DNA from: Yuukianura sp. NJ FZ-2021
Lineage: Eukaryota
Assembly: GCA_046563655.1 (NCBI GenBank)
Contig: CM102289.1
Coordinates: forward strand, 1-64,000
Length of the DNA: 64,000 nt
Direction: 5' to 3'
In this document: piece after piece, positions 11,119-24,000 of the stretch
Layout: every line of letters begins with the position of its first letter
Numbering within the stretch: position 1 is the stretch's first letter
Notes under the pieces: model-generated
What the model saw: the letters and a program-made list of their open reading frames with translations, nothing else
What the model was told of the DNA's origin: nothing
Databases searched by the model: none
Made by a program: the position numbers and the translations under genes

Positions 11119-11941
11119 ATGTGGAAATATGCGGAAGTGGCCATTAGACATGTCCTACTTTTTCTCAACAGAATTTGGAACTGCCTCACCTATTTCATGA
11201 AGAAGAACGCAAGGAAGGTAAGGCAACCAAATCCAAGCACATTGTGTAATTGACTGCCCCATTTCCACTGTTTTAGATTATTCAACATCAAGCAGTCAAG
11301 TATGAGGAGATCCCATTGTCACCTTTATCTAAACATAGGCTGTCAGTCGTTCGGAGGAAAGTACTCGTACTGGACCTGGACGAAACACTCATCCATTCTT
11401 ATCACGATGGAGTTCAAAGGTACTGTCTGGAACTCGTACTTTGAATTAGCATCTCCATCAATCTCTACTTTGTTTAGGCAAACCGTTAAGCCAGGGACGC
11501 CTCCGGACTTTATACTCAAAGTAACGATTGAGCGGCACCCAGTTCGGTTTTTTGTCCACAAACGACCACACGTCGACTACTTCCTGGATGTCGTAAGTTT
11601 TAATGCATAAAGACAACATGCATGATAACAAATGAATTCCTTTGCGTAGGTTTCCAAATGGTTCGAGTTGGTCGTGTTCACTGCCTCAATGGACATCTAC
11701 GGTGCAGGTATGTTTATTCAAAATTAAAGTCGGATTTAGAGTGGTATTTGTAAGTAGGATAAAGTTAATGAAGTTGTTAATTTGAAAACAGGAGTTGGAG
11801 ATGAAGTGGACAAGGGGAGGAACCGACAACGCTGTACTCTTGACTTGGGTTCCTACACGAAGGATCTGTCCAACATTTCCCATGACCTCAGCACCATATT
11901 TATTCTGGACGGCTGACCAGGAGCCTATCGCTCTTACCCGG
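11119..11941 (+). pseudogene. CTDNEP1: CTDNEP1/Dullard phosphatase copy, exons 1-5, disabled
   Basis: MWKYAEVAIRHVLLFLNRIW.. / [35 protein letters not shown] (HAD DxDxT) / [32 protein letters not shown] / WFELVVFTASM. Exon 5 has a deletion at ~11820 and a TGA at ~11914; the last exon is absent. Confidence 0.92.
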
Positions 11942-12199
11942 GTAACTTAACCTCAACAGCTGATTGAATCCAAATAATTTTTGAATTGGTTCTGTTTTTA
12001 CAGGGTAGAGAATAAGGTACGAAGGGATGAACCCGAGGAGGAGAGGAGGTCAATTGCAACTAAACCAGCGTAAGTGAAGTGTCCATCATAAGATTAAGTT
12101 CGATTAGTAATTGATTGTTTTCTGTTTGTAACTCTGCTCCTCCACCCACTTTTAAAAGTTCCAATGGAGCCAGTGGTGTCGAGAGTGGACCCAATCCAT

Positions 12200-12968
12200 A
12201 AGAAGGGAGTGGAGGCGTTGAAGAAAGTCAAATTCGCTGGTTCAAATATCACCGTAAGTAAACACTTCCATGTCATTCCTAAACCTCCAAGTATCCTTAT
12301 TCTCTTGCTTGGGTTGATAGTTATCTAACTTTGTTTTTATTCTAAGGTGGAGGAGAAACTGGACAGTGCCACGCGTGTGACGAATAACCCTACATTGACC
12401 CATTTTGTCTCTACGTGACGAACATTCATGCAGATGTGACTAGAGAGAATGTGAAGAAACTCTTTCCCAAATGCACTACAGTCACGAGTCCCAGGAAACA
12501 CAATCCAAAAATCGGGTAAGAGATCTTAATTGAAGTTTCTAAATCCCATTTAACTTGTGAATTTGAAAACAGGAGTTGCGGATGAAGTGGACAAGGGGAG
12601 GAGGATGCTGGACTCTTAATACGTTTTATTATAGCCTGGAGTGACCGAGTCAAAGCGGAAAACACCAGTTACCGTATCGTTCCGTGACAATGAGCGGCCT
12701 ATTGGAGAAGATGCACTGAACGTAGCAGTTCGTTTCCCATCCAATGCTTACGTTTACTTCTTGGATCTCTTGGTAAAGAAGATTGATAATCCAATTGTAG
12801 AGCCTTATCAAAAGAGATTTCCTTACTACAACTTAGTTCCTGATCCTGACTGTGGGACAGTTCTTTTTCTACATGACAGGTACCGTAACCTAAATCGATA
12901 ACAGCTGATTGATGATTAATTATTAATTACTGATTTATCTGTTTGTAGTGAACCTTTTTATTCACCTG
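12200..12968 (+). pseudogene. Second copy of the RRM-Dullard-HYOU1 chimera (duplicate of 510-1283)
   Basis: Colinear, highly similar sequence including both chimeric junctions. Ends at the TIR element. Confidence 0.95.
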
Positions 12969-14370
12969 GAGCCGAGAGCTGTCCTTCCTGATTAGATTAG
13001 GCAATAGCTTAATCTACTCCTAAGCAAAAGAAAAACCGGGTTTTATTTGGAGATCATACTCCAAAAAGAGTTTAGATTAAGCTAATTTTTGGCTTAGCTT
13101 TAATCCAACTTTCCGTTCCCCCACGTAGCGCGCCGGAGAGTGTTCCCAGTGGAAACTTTCTCTTAAGGGAGACGACTGTGAGTTCAAAACCTGCAGCAGA
13201 TGTATTTTTTTTTTTATTTTGTCCGAACATGCCCACTCATATAATATTGCCTTTCAGGGATGGCAGGTGACCCCAACATGTCCAAGAAAGGTCAAAGGTC
13301 AAGCCAAATTCGGTTGACCCCACGTGACCTCAAATATTAACTGCACAAAAGGGTTTCCTTAAGAAAACACTCACCCTACGCATAACACAAGAACATGCGT
13401 GACCCAGCTGAGGTCAACAGGTCATTCTTAACTTGAAGTGACCTGACCTTTGACCTTGAAGGAGTGTAACTAGCTCGTGCATAGCATTGAACAACAAATT
13501 GAGACAGACCAGCATTAAAGCACTCATTTTAGATGCCAAGTTGGGTCATTCGCTGTTGACCTCACGTTTGACCTCAACAAGGGGTGGCGGGAATATGTAT
13601 CGTACACAAGAAAGATTATCTAGTTAATGGAAACAAGTTTTGTGTAGGTCATTTCATAGGTCAAAGGCGTCAAATTCGCCAATAAACGAAAGTTTTTGCC
13701 TTAACCCAAAAGATAAAGCTGGTCCGGAGTGGTTTTTGTTTTAGCATCAAAATCTGATTAGATTTGTGAGGTGTGATCTCTGAAAATCTTAAACCCAGTG
13801 TTGGTGGACGCTTAAACGTCCAGTGGCTTAATTGCCACTTCCAGTGGATATCCACTGGAAGAAACGCGCCCCAAATGGACGAAACTAAAAGTGGATGGAA
13901 GAAATCACAAATTTTGCGCGAAATTCAAATTAATTCAAATTTAAATTTACGAAATAATATCAGAAAGCTTTACTTTCGTGATTATAGTTAATATATTATT
14001 TAAAACGTATTCAAAAACTATATTTACATAGTTTTTGCACTGTGTTTTTATGTTTTTTAGTTTTTTCTAGCCAATTAATTCAAATTCGGAGGGCAAAGCT
14101 CCGCCCCTTTGGATTAATCCATTTCGTCCATTTCTTCCACTGGATATCCAGCCGTGGACGAAATGTCGAAAAAGTGGATATCCACCAACACTGCTTAAAC
14201 CGTATTAACTTCCCGGGTGATCACACCCTAATCACTTTTTTTTGTGTTAACACAAGATTATCTCGAGTTTAGCGAAAATCCGAAAAAAAGAGATTAGCGG
14301 TTTTGGTGTGCTCGTCGTTTCTTCTTAATCCGGAAATAAATTTCGCTAATACCGGCACAGCTCTCGGCTC
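12969..14370. mobile_element. Non-autonomous TIR element (TIR gagccgagagctgt) flanked by CTG/CAG, Harbinger-like
   Basis: Perfect 14-bp TIR at 12969-12982 and 14357-14370, internal ggtca/tgacc repeats, no transposase ORF. Confidence 0.75.
13796..14193. mobile_element. hAT-type MITE nested in the TIR element
   Basis: 13-bp TIR cagtgttggtgga / tccaccaacactg; 8-bp TSD cttaaacc at 13788-13795 and 14194-14201; subterminal gtggatatccac motifs. Confidence 0.92.
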
Positions 14371-14984
14371 CAGAGGTCTACAATTTTTGTATAGAAACGT
14401 CCGTAAGGAAGAGTTTGCCAAAATTGTTTTGGGAAAAAACTAAATGAGAAGGCTACTTTTTTCAAAATGAATTAAACTTGATGCAGTTGTCAGGGAAGAT
14501 GGTTTGATGATTTGTACCAATTTTTAGCCCTCTAGAAGCAAAGGGTAAAGTGTGACGGGGCTTCAAATGTTGCCATTTCATCTTATGACGACCGCATGCA
14601 AGTAGCATATCATTGGAAAGGGTTTGACTTCCTGATGCAGAAAATGTATATATGTTGCTATGTGTGACGTAAGACATGGCTAATCCAGAGGTCTACAATT
14701 TTTGTATAGAAAAGTCCGTAAGGAAGAGTTTGCCAAAATTGTTTTGGGAAAAAACTAAATGAGAAGGCTACTTTTTTCAAAATGAATTAAACTTGATGCA
14801 GTTGTCAGGGAAGATGGTTTGATGATTTGTACCAATTTTTAGCCCTCTAGAAGCAAAGGGTAAAGTGTGACGGGGCTTCAAATGTTGCCATTTCATCTTA
14901 TGACGACCGCATGCAAGTAGCATATCATTGGAAAGGGTTTGACTTCCTGATGCAGAAAATGTATATATGTTGCTATGTGTGACG
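14371..14984. repeat. 315-bp direct tandem duplication (second copy truncated)
   Basis: cagaggtctacaattttt at 14371 and 14686, nearly identical copies. Confidence 0.95.
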
Positions 14985-14985
14985 G

Positions 14986-15017
14986 TTAGGTTAGGTTAGG
15001 TTAGGTTAGTTAGTTAG
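14986..15017 (+). repeat. Interstitial telomere-type (TTAGG)4 followed by (TTAG)3
   Basis: Read directly; TTAGG is the ancestral arthropod telomere repeat. Confidence 0.85.
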
Positions 15018-15025
15018 TAACAACT

Positions 15026-18000
15026 AGTTGATTTTCAACTTGAGCTGAGTTGATTTTCAACTTGAGCTGAGTTGATTTTCAACTTGAGCTGAGTTGATTT
15101 TCACCTTGAGCTGAGTTGATTTTCAACTTGAGCTGAGTTGATTTTCAACTTGAGCTGAGTTGATTTTCACCTTGAGTTGAATTGATTTTCAACTTGAGCT
15201 GAGTTGATTTTCACCTTGAGCTGAGTTGATTTTCAACTTGAGCTGAGTTGATTTTCAACTTGAGCTGAGTTGATTTTCAACTTGAGCTGAGTTGATTTTC
15301 AACTTGAGCTGAGTTGATTTTCAACTTTAGCTGAGTTGATTTTCAACTTGAGCTGAGTTGATTTTCAACTTGAGCTGAGTTGATTTTCAACTTGAGCTGA
15401 GTTGATTTTCAACTTGAGCTGAGTTGATTTTCAACTTGAGCTGAGTTGATTTTCAACTTGAGCTGAGTTGATTTTCAACTTGAGCTGAGTTGATTTTCAA
15501 CTTGAGCTGAGTTGATTTTCAACTTGAGCTGAGTTGATTTTCAACTTGAGCTGAGTTGATTTTCAACTTGAGCTGAGTTGATTTTCAACTTGAGCTGAGT
15601 TGATTTTCAACTTGAGCTGAGTTGATTTTCACCTTGAGTTGAATTGATTTTCAACTTGAGCTGAGTTGATTTTCAACTTGAGCTGAGTTGATTTTCAACT
15701 TGAGCTGAGTTGATTTTCAACTTGAGCTGAGTTGATTTTCAACTTGAGCTGAGTTGATTTTCAACTTGAGCTGAGTTGATTTTCAACTTGAGCTGAGTTG
15801 ATTTTCAACTTGAGCTGAGTTGATTTTCAACTTGAGCTGAGTTGATTTTCAACTTGAGCTGAGTTGATTTTCAACTTGAGCTGAGTTGATTTTCAACTTG
15901 AGCTGAGTTGATTTTCAACTTGAGCTGAGTTGATTTTCAACTTGAGCTGAGTTGATTTTCAACTTGAGCTGAGTTGATTTTCAACTTGAGCTGAGTTGAT
16001 TTTCAACTTGAGCTGAGTTGATTTTCAACTTGAGCTGAGTTGATTTTCAACTTGAGCTGAGTTGATTTTCAACTTGAGCTGAGTTGATTTTCAACTTGAG
16101 CTGAGTTGATTTTCAACTTGAGCTGAGTTGATTTTCAACTTGAGCTGAGTTGATTTTCACCTTGAGCTGAGTTGATTTTCAACTTGAGCTGAGTTGATTT
16201 TCAACTTGAGCTGAGTTGATTTTCACCTTGAGTTGAATTGATTTTCAACTTGAGCTGAGTTGATTTTCACCTTGAGCTGAGTTGATTTTCAACTTGAGCT
16301 GAGTTGATTTTCAACTTGAGCTGAGTTGATTTTCAACTTGAGCTGAGTTGATTTTCAACTTGAGCTGAGTTGATTTTCAACTTGAGCTGAGTTGATTTTC
16401 AACTTGAGCTGAGTTGATTTTCAACTTGAGCTGAGTTGATTTTCAACTTGAGCTGAGTTGATTTTCAACTTGAGCTGAGTTGATTTTCAACTTGAGCTGA
16501 GTTGATTTTCAACTTGAGCTGAGTTGATTTTCAACTTGAGCTGAGTTGATTTTCAACTTGAGCTGAGTTGATTTTCAACTTGAGCTGAGTTGATTTTCAA
16601 CTTGAGCTGAGTTGATTTTCAACTTGAGCTGAGTTGATTTTCACCTTGAGCTGAGTTGATTTTCAACTTGAGCTGAGTTGATTTTCAACTTGAGCTGAGT
16701 TGATTTTCAACTTGAGCTGAGTTGATTTTCACCTTGAGCTGAGTTGATTTTCACCTTGAGCTGAGTTGATTTTCACCTTGAGCTGAGTTGATTTTCACCT
16801 TGAGCTGAGTTGATTTTCACCTTGAGCTGAGTTGATTTTCACCTTGAGCTGAGTTGATTTTCAACTTGAGCTGAGTTGATTTTCAACTTGAGCTGAGTTG
16901 ATTTTCAACTTGAGCTGAGTTGATTTTCACCTTGAGCTGAGTTGATTTTCACCTTGAGCTGAGTTGATTTTCAGCTTGAGCTGAGTTGATTTTCACCTTG
17001 AGCTGAGTTGATTTTCAACTTGAGCTGAGTTGATTTTCACCTTGAGCTGAGTTGATTTTCAACTTGAGCTGAGTTGATTTTCAACTTGAGTTGAATTGAT
17101 TTTCAACTTGAGCTGAGTTGATTTTCAACTTGAGCTGAGTTGATTTTCAACTTGAGCTGAGTTGATTTTCAACTTGAGCTGAGTTGATTTTCAACTTGAG
17201 CTGAGTTGATTTTCAACTTGAGCTGAGTTGATTTTCAACTTGAGCTGAGTTGATTTTCACCTTGAGCTGAGTTGATTTTCACCTTGAGCTGAGTTGATTT
17301 TCAACTTGAGCTGAGTTGATTTTCACCTTGAGCTGAGTTGATTTTCACCTTGAGCTGAGTTGATTTTCAACTTGAGCTGAGTTGATTTTCAACTTGAGCT
17401 GAGTTGATTTTCAACTTGAGCTGAGTTGATTTTCAACTTGAGCTGAGTTGATTTTCAACTTGAGCTGAGTTGATTTTCACCTTGAGTTGAATTGATTTTC
17501 ACCTTGAGCTGAGTTGATTTTCACCTTGAGCTGAGTTGATTTTCAACTTGAGCTGAGTTGATTTTCAACTTGAGCTGAGTTGATTTTCAACTTGAGCTGA
17601 GTTGATTTTCAACTTGAGCTGAGTTGATTTTCAACTTGAGCTGAGTTGATTTTCACCTTGAGCTGAGTTGATTTTCACCTTGAGCTGAGTTGATTTTCAA
17701 CTTGAGCTGAGTTGATTTTCACCTTGAGCTGAGTTGATTTTCAACTTGAGCTGAGTTGATTTTCACCTTGAGCTGAGTTGATTTTCACCTTGAGCTGAGT
17801 TGATTTTCACCTTGAGCTGAGTTGATTTTCAACTTGAGCTGAGTTGATTTTCAACTTGAGCTGAGTTGATTTTCAACTTGAGCTGAGTTGATTTTCAACT
17901 TGAGCTGAGTTGATTTTCAACTTGAGCTGAGTTGATTTTCACCTTGAGCTGAGTTGATTTTCAGCTTGAGCTGAGTTGATTTTCAACTTGAGCTGAGTTG

Positions 18001-21000
18001 ATTTTCACCTTGAGCTGAGTTGATTTTCAACTTGAGCTGAGTTGATTTTCAACTTGAGCTGAGTTGATTTTCAACTTGAGCTGAGTTGATTTTCAACTTG
18101 AGCTGAGTTGATTTTCACCTTGAGCTGAGTTGATTTTCAACTTGAGCTGAGTTGATTTTCAACTTGAGCTGAGTTGATTTTCAACTTGAGCTGAGTTGAT
18201 TTTCAACTTGAGCTGAGTTGATTTTCAACTTGAGCTGAGTTGATTTTCAACTTGAGCTGAGTTGATTTTCAACTTGAGCTGAGTTGATTTTCACCTTGAG
18301 CTGAGTTGATTTTCACCTTGAGCTGAGTTGATTTTCAGCTTGAGCTGAGTTGATTTTCAACTTGAGTTGAATTGATTTTCACCTTGAGCTGAGTTGATTT
18401 TCACCTTGAGCTGAGTTGATTTTCACCTTGAGCTGAGTTGATTTTCAACTTGAGCTGAGTTGATTTTCAACTTGAGTTGAATTGATTTTCACCTTGAGCT
18501 GAGTTGATTTTCACCTTGAGCTGAGTTGATTTTCACCTTGAGCTGAGTTGATTTTCAACTTGAGCTGAGTTGATTTTCAACTTGAGCTGAGTTGATTTTC
18601 ACCTTGAGCTGAGTTGATTTTCAACTTGAGCTGAGTTGATTTTCAACTTGAGCTGAGTTGATTTTCACCTTGAGCTGAGTTGATTTTCACCTTGAGCTGA
18701 GTTGATTTTCACCTTGAGCTGAGTTGATTTTCAACTTGAGCTGAGTTGATTTTCAACTTGAGCTGAGTTGATTTTCAACTTGAGCTGAGTTGATTTTCAA
18801 CTTGAGCTGAGTTGATTTTCAACTTGAGCTGAGTTGATTTTCAACTTGAGCTGAGTTGATTTTCAACTTGAGCTGAGTTGATTTTCAACTTGAGCTGAGT
18901 TGATTTTCAACTTGAGCTGAGTTGATTTTCACCTTGAGCTGAGTTGATTTTCAACTTGAGCTGAGTTGATTTTCACCTTGAGCTGAGTTGATTTTCACCT
19001 TGAGCTGAGTTGATTTTCAGCTTGAGCTGAGTTGATTTTCAACTTGAGTTGAATTGATTTTCACCTTGAGCTGAGTTGATTTTCACCTTGAGCTGAGTTG
19101 ATTTTCACCTTGAGCTGAGTTGATTTTCAACTTGAGCTGAGTTGATTTTCAACTTGAGTTGATTTGATTTTCACCTTGAGCTGAGTTGATTTTCACCTTG
19201 AGCTGAGTTGATTTTCACCTTGAGCTGAGTTGATTTTCAACTTGAGCTGAGTTGATTTTCAACTTGAGCTGAGTTGATTTTCACCTTGAGCTGAGTTGAT
19301 TTTCAACTTGAGCTGAGTTGATTTTCAACTTGAGCTGAGTTGATTTTCACCTTGAGCTGAGTTGATTTTCACCTTGAGCTGAGTTGATTTTCACCTTGAG
19401 CTGAGTTGATTTTCAACTTGAGCTGAGTTGATTTTCAACTTGAGCTGAGTTGATTTTCACCTTGAGCTGAGTTGATTTTCACCTTGAGCTGAGTTGATTT
19501 TCACCTTGAGCTGAGTTGATTTTCAACTTGAGCTGAGTTGATTTTCACCTTGAGCTGAGTTGATTTTCAACTTGAGCTGAGTTGATTTTCAACTTGAGCT
19601 GAGTTGATTTTCAACTTGAGCTGAGTTGATTTTCAACTTGAGCTGAGTTGATTTTCAACTTGAGCTGAGTTGATTTTCAACTTGAGCTGAGTTGATTTTC
19701 AACTTGAGCTGAGTTGATTTTCAACTTGAGCTGAGTTGATTTTCAACTTGAGCTGAGTTGATTTTCAACTTGAGCTGAGTTGATTTTCAACTTGAGCTGA
19801 GTTGATTTTCAACTTGAGCTGAGTTGATTTTCAACTTGAGCTGAGTTGATTTTCACCTTGAGCTGAGTTGATTTTCAACTTGAGCTGAGTTGATTTTCAA
19901 CTTGAGCTGAGTTGATTTTCAACTTGAGCTGAGTTGATTTTCACCTTGAGCTGAGTTGATTTTCACCTTGAGCTGAGTTGATTTTCACCTTGAGCTGAGT
20001 TGATTTTCACCTTGAGCTGAGTTGATTTTCACCTTGAGCTGAGTTGATTTTCACCTTGAGCTGAGTTGATTTTCACCTTGAGCTGAGTTGATTTTCAACT
20101 TGAGCTGAGTTGATTTTCAACTTGAGCTGAGTTGATTTTCAACTTGAGCTGAGTTGATTTTCACCTTGAGCTGAGTTGATTTTCACCTTGAGCTGAGTTG
20201 ATTTTCAGCTTGAGCTGAGTTGATTTTCACCTTGAGCTGAGTTGATTTTCAACTTGAGCTGACTTGATTTTCACCTTGAGCTGAGTTGATTTTCAACTTG
20301 AGCTGAGTTGATTTTCAACTTGAGCTGAGTTGATTTTCAACTTGAGCTGAGTTGATTTTCAACTTGAGCTGAGTTGATTTTCACCTTGAGTTGAGTTGAT
20401 TTTCAACTTGAGCTGAGTTGATTTTCACCTTGAGCTGAGTTGATTTTCAACTTGAGCTGAGTTGATTTTCAACTTGAGCTGAGTTGATTTTCAACTTGAG
20501 CTGAGTTGATTTTCAACTTGAGCTGAGTTGATTTTCAACTTGAGCTGAGTTGATTTTCAACTTGAGTTGAATTGATTTTCACTTTGAGCTGAGTTGATTT
20601 TCAACTTGAGCTGAGTTGATTTTCAACTTGAGCTGAGTTGATTTTCAACTTGAGTTGAATTGATTTTCAACTTGAGCTGAGTTGATTTTCAACTTGAGCT
20701 GAGTTGATTTTCAACTTGAGCTGAGTTGATTTTCAACTTGAGCTGAGTTGATTTTCAACTTGAGCTGAGTTGATTTTCAACTTGAGCTGAGTTGATTTTC
20801 AACTTGAGCTGAGTTGATTTTCAACTTGAGCTGAGTTGATTTTCAACTTGAGCTGAGTTGATTTTCAACTTGAGCTGAGTTGATTTTCAACTTGAGCTGA
20901 GTTGATTTTCAACTTGAGCTGAGTTGATTTTCAACTTGAGCTGAGTTGATTTTCAACTTGAGCTGAGTTGATTTTCAACTTGAGCTGAGTTGATTTTCAA

Positions 21001-24000
21001 CTTGAGCTGAGTTGATTTTCAACTTGAGCTGAGTTGATTTTCAACTTGAGCTGAGTTGATTTTCAACTTGAGCTGAGTTGATTTTCACCTTGAGCTGAGT
21101 TGATTTTCACCTTGAGCTGAGTTGATTTTCAACTTGAGCTGAGTTGATTTTCACCTTGAGCTGAGTTGATTTTCAACTTGAGCTGAGTTGATTTTCAACT
21201 TGAGCTGAGTTGATTTTCAACTTGAGCTGAGTTGATTTTCAACTTGAGCTGAGTTGATTTTCACCTTGAGCTGAGTTGATTTTCAACTTGAGCTGAGTTG
21301 ATTTTCAACTTGAGCTGAGTTGATTTTCAACTTGAGCTGAGTTGATTTTCACCTTGAGCTGAGTTGATTTTCAACTTGAGCTGAGTTGATTTTCACCTTG
21401 AGCTGAGTTGATTTTCAACTTGAGCTGAGTTGATTTTCAACTTGAGCTGAGTTGATTTTCAACTTGAGCTGAGTTGATTTTCAACTTGAGCTGAGTTGAT
21501 TTTCAACTTGAGCTGAGTTGATTTTCAACTTGAGTTGAATTGATTTTCACTTTGAGCTGAGTTGATTTTCAACTTGAGCTGAGTTGATTTTCAACTTGAG
21601 CTGAGTTGATTTTCAACTTGAGCTGAGTTGATTTTCAACTTGAGCTGAGTTGATTTTCACCTTGAGCTGAGTTGATTTTCAACTTGAGTTGAATTGATTT
21701 TCAACTTGAGCTGAGTTGATTTTCAACTTGAGCTGAGTTGATTTTCAACTTGAGCTGAGTTGATTTTCAACTTGAGCTGAGTTGATTTTCAACTTGAGCT
21801 GAGTTGATTTTCACCTTGAGCTGAGTTGATTTTCAACTTGAGCTGAGTTGATTTTCAACTTGAGCTGAGTTGATTTTCAACTTGAGCTGAGTTGATTTTC
21901 ACCTTGAGCTGAGTTGATTTTCAACTTGAGCTGAGTTGATTTTCAACTTGAGCTGAGTTGATTTTCAACTTGAGCTGAGTTGATTTTCAACTTGAGCTGA
22001 GTTGATTTTCAACTTGAGCTGAGTTGATTTTCACCTTGAGCTGAGTTGATTTTCAACTTGAGCTGAGTTGATTTTCAACTTGAGCTGAGTTGATTTTCAA
22101 CTTGAGCTGAGTTGATTTTCAACTTGAGCTGAGTTGATTTTCAACTTGAGCTGAGTTGATTTTCACCTTGAGCTGAGTTGATTTTCACCTTGAGCTGAGT
22201 TGATTTTCACCTTGAGCTGAGTTGATTTTCACCTTGAGCTGAGTTGATTTTCACCTTGAGCTGAGTTGATTTTCACCTTGAGCTGAGTTGATTTTCAACT
22301 TGAGCTGAGTTGATTTTCAACTTGAGCTGAGTTGATTTTCAACTTGAGCTGAGTTGATTTTCACCTTGAGCTGAGTTGATTTTCACCTTGAGCTGAGTTG
22401 ATTTTCACCTTGAGCTGAGTTGATTTTCACCTTGAGCTGAGTTGATTTTCAACTTGAGCTGACTTGATTTTCACCTTGAGCTGAGTTGATTTTCAACTTG
22501 AGCTGAGTTGATTTTCAACTTGAGCTGAGTTGATTTTCAACTTGAGCTGAGTTGATTTTCAACTTGAGCTGAGTTGATTTTCACCTTGAGTTGAATTGAT
22601 TTTCAACTTGAGCTGAGTTGATTTTCACCTTGAGCTGAGTTGATTTTCAACTTGAGCTGAGTTGATTTTCAACTTGAGCTGAGTTGATTTTCAACTTGAG
22701 CTGAGTTGATTTTCAACTTGAGCTGAGTTGATTTTCAACTTGAGCTGAGTTGATTTTCACCTTGAGTTGAATTGATTTTCACCTTGAGCTGAGTTGATTT
22801 TCAACTTGAGCTGAGTTGATTTTCAACTTGAGCTGAGTTGATTTTCAACTTGAGCTGAGTTGATTTTCAACTTGAGCTGAGTTGATTTTCAACTTGAGCT
22901 GAGTTGATTTTCAACTTGAGCTGAGTTGATTTTCACCTTGAGCTGAGTTGATTTTCACCTTGAGCTGAGTTGATTTTCAACTTGAGCTGAGTTGATTTTC
23001 ACCTTGAGCTGAGTTGATTTTCAACTTGAGCTGAGTTGATTTTCACCTTGAGCTGAGTTGATTTTCACCTTGAGCTGAGTTGATTTTCAACTTGAGCTGA
23101 GTTGATTTTCAACTTGAGCTGAGTTGATTTTCAACTTGAGCTGAGTTGATTTTCAACTTGAGCTGAGTTGATTTTCAACTTGAGCTGAGTTGATTTTCAA
23201 CTTGAGCTGAGTTGATTTTCAACTTGAGCTGAGTTGATTTTCAACTTGAGCTGAGTTGATTTTCAACTTGAGCTGAGTTGATTTTCAACTTGAGCTGAGT
23301 TGATTTTCAACTTGAGCTGAGTTGATTTTCAACTTGAGCTGAGTTGATTTTCAACTTGAGCTGAGTTGATTTTCACCTTGAGCTGAGTTGATTTTCACCT
23401 TGAGCTGAGTTGATTTTCACCTTGAGCTGAGTTGATTTTCAACTTGAGCTGAGTTGATTTTCAACCTTGAGCTGAGTTGATTTTCACCTTGAGCTGAGTT
23501 GATTTTCAACTTGAGCTGAGTTGATTTTCAACTTGAGCTGAGTTGATTTTCAACTTGAGCTGAGTTGATTTTCACCTTGAGCTGAGTTGATTTTCACCTT
23601 GAGCTGAGTTGATTTTCAGCTTGAGCTGAGTTGATTTTCAACTTGAGCTGAGTTGATTTTCACCTTGAGCTGAGTTGATTTTCACCTTGAGCTGAGTTGA
23701 TTTTCACCTTGAGCTGAGTTGATTTTCAACTTGAGCTGAGTTGATTTTCAACTTGAGCTGAGTTGATTTTCACCTTGAGCTGAGTTGATTTTCAACTTGA
23801 GCTGAGTTGATTTTCAACTTGAGCTGAGTTGATTTTCACCTTGAGCTGAGTTGATTTTCACCTTGAGCTGAGTTGATTTTCACCTTGAGCTGAGTTGATT
23901 TTCAACTTGAGCTGAGTTGATTTTCACCTTGAGCTGAGTTGATTTTCACCTTGAGCTGAGTTGATTTTCACCTTGAGCTGAGTTGATTTTCAACTTGAGC

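Noticed and set aside
11119..11941. Functional CTDNEP1 gene
   Set aside because: The DLDET motif is intact, but exon 5 has a deletion and a stop codon and the last exon is missing.
13124..13215. Third tRNA-like cassette (tagcgc..gagttcaaaacc..T run)
   Set aside because: The boxes are too degenerate and there is no convincing cloverleaf.
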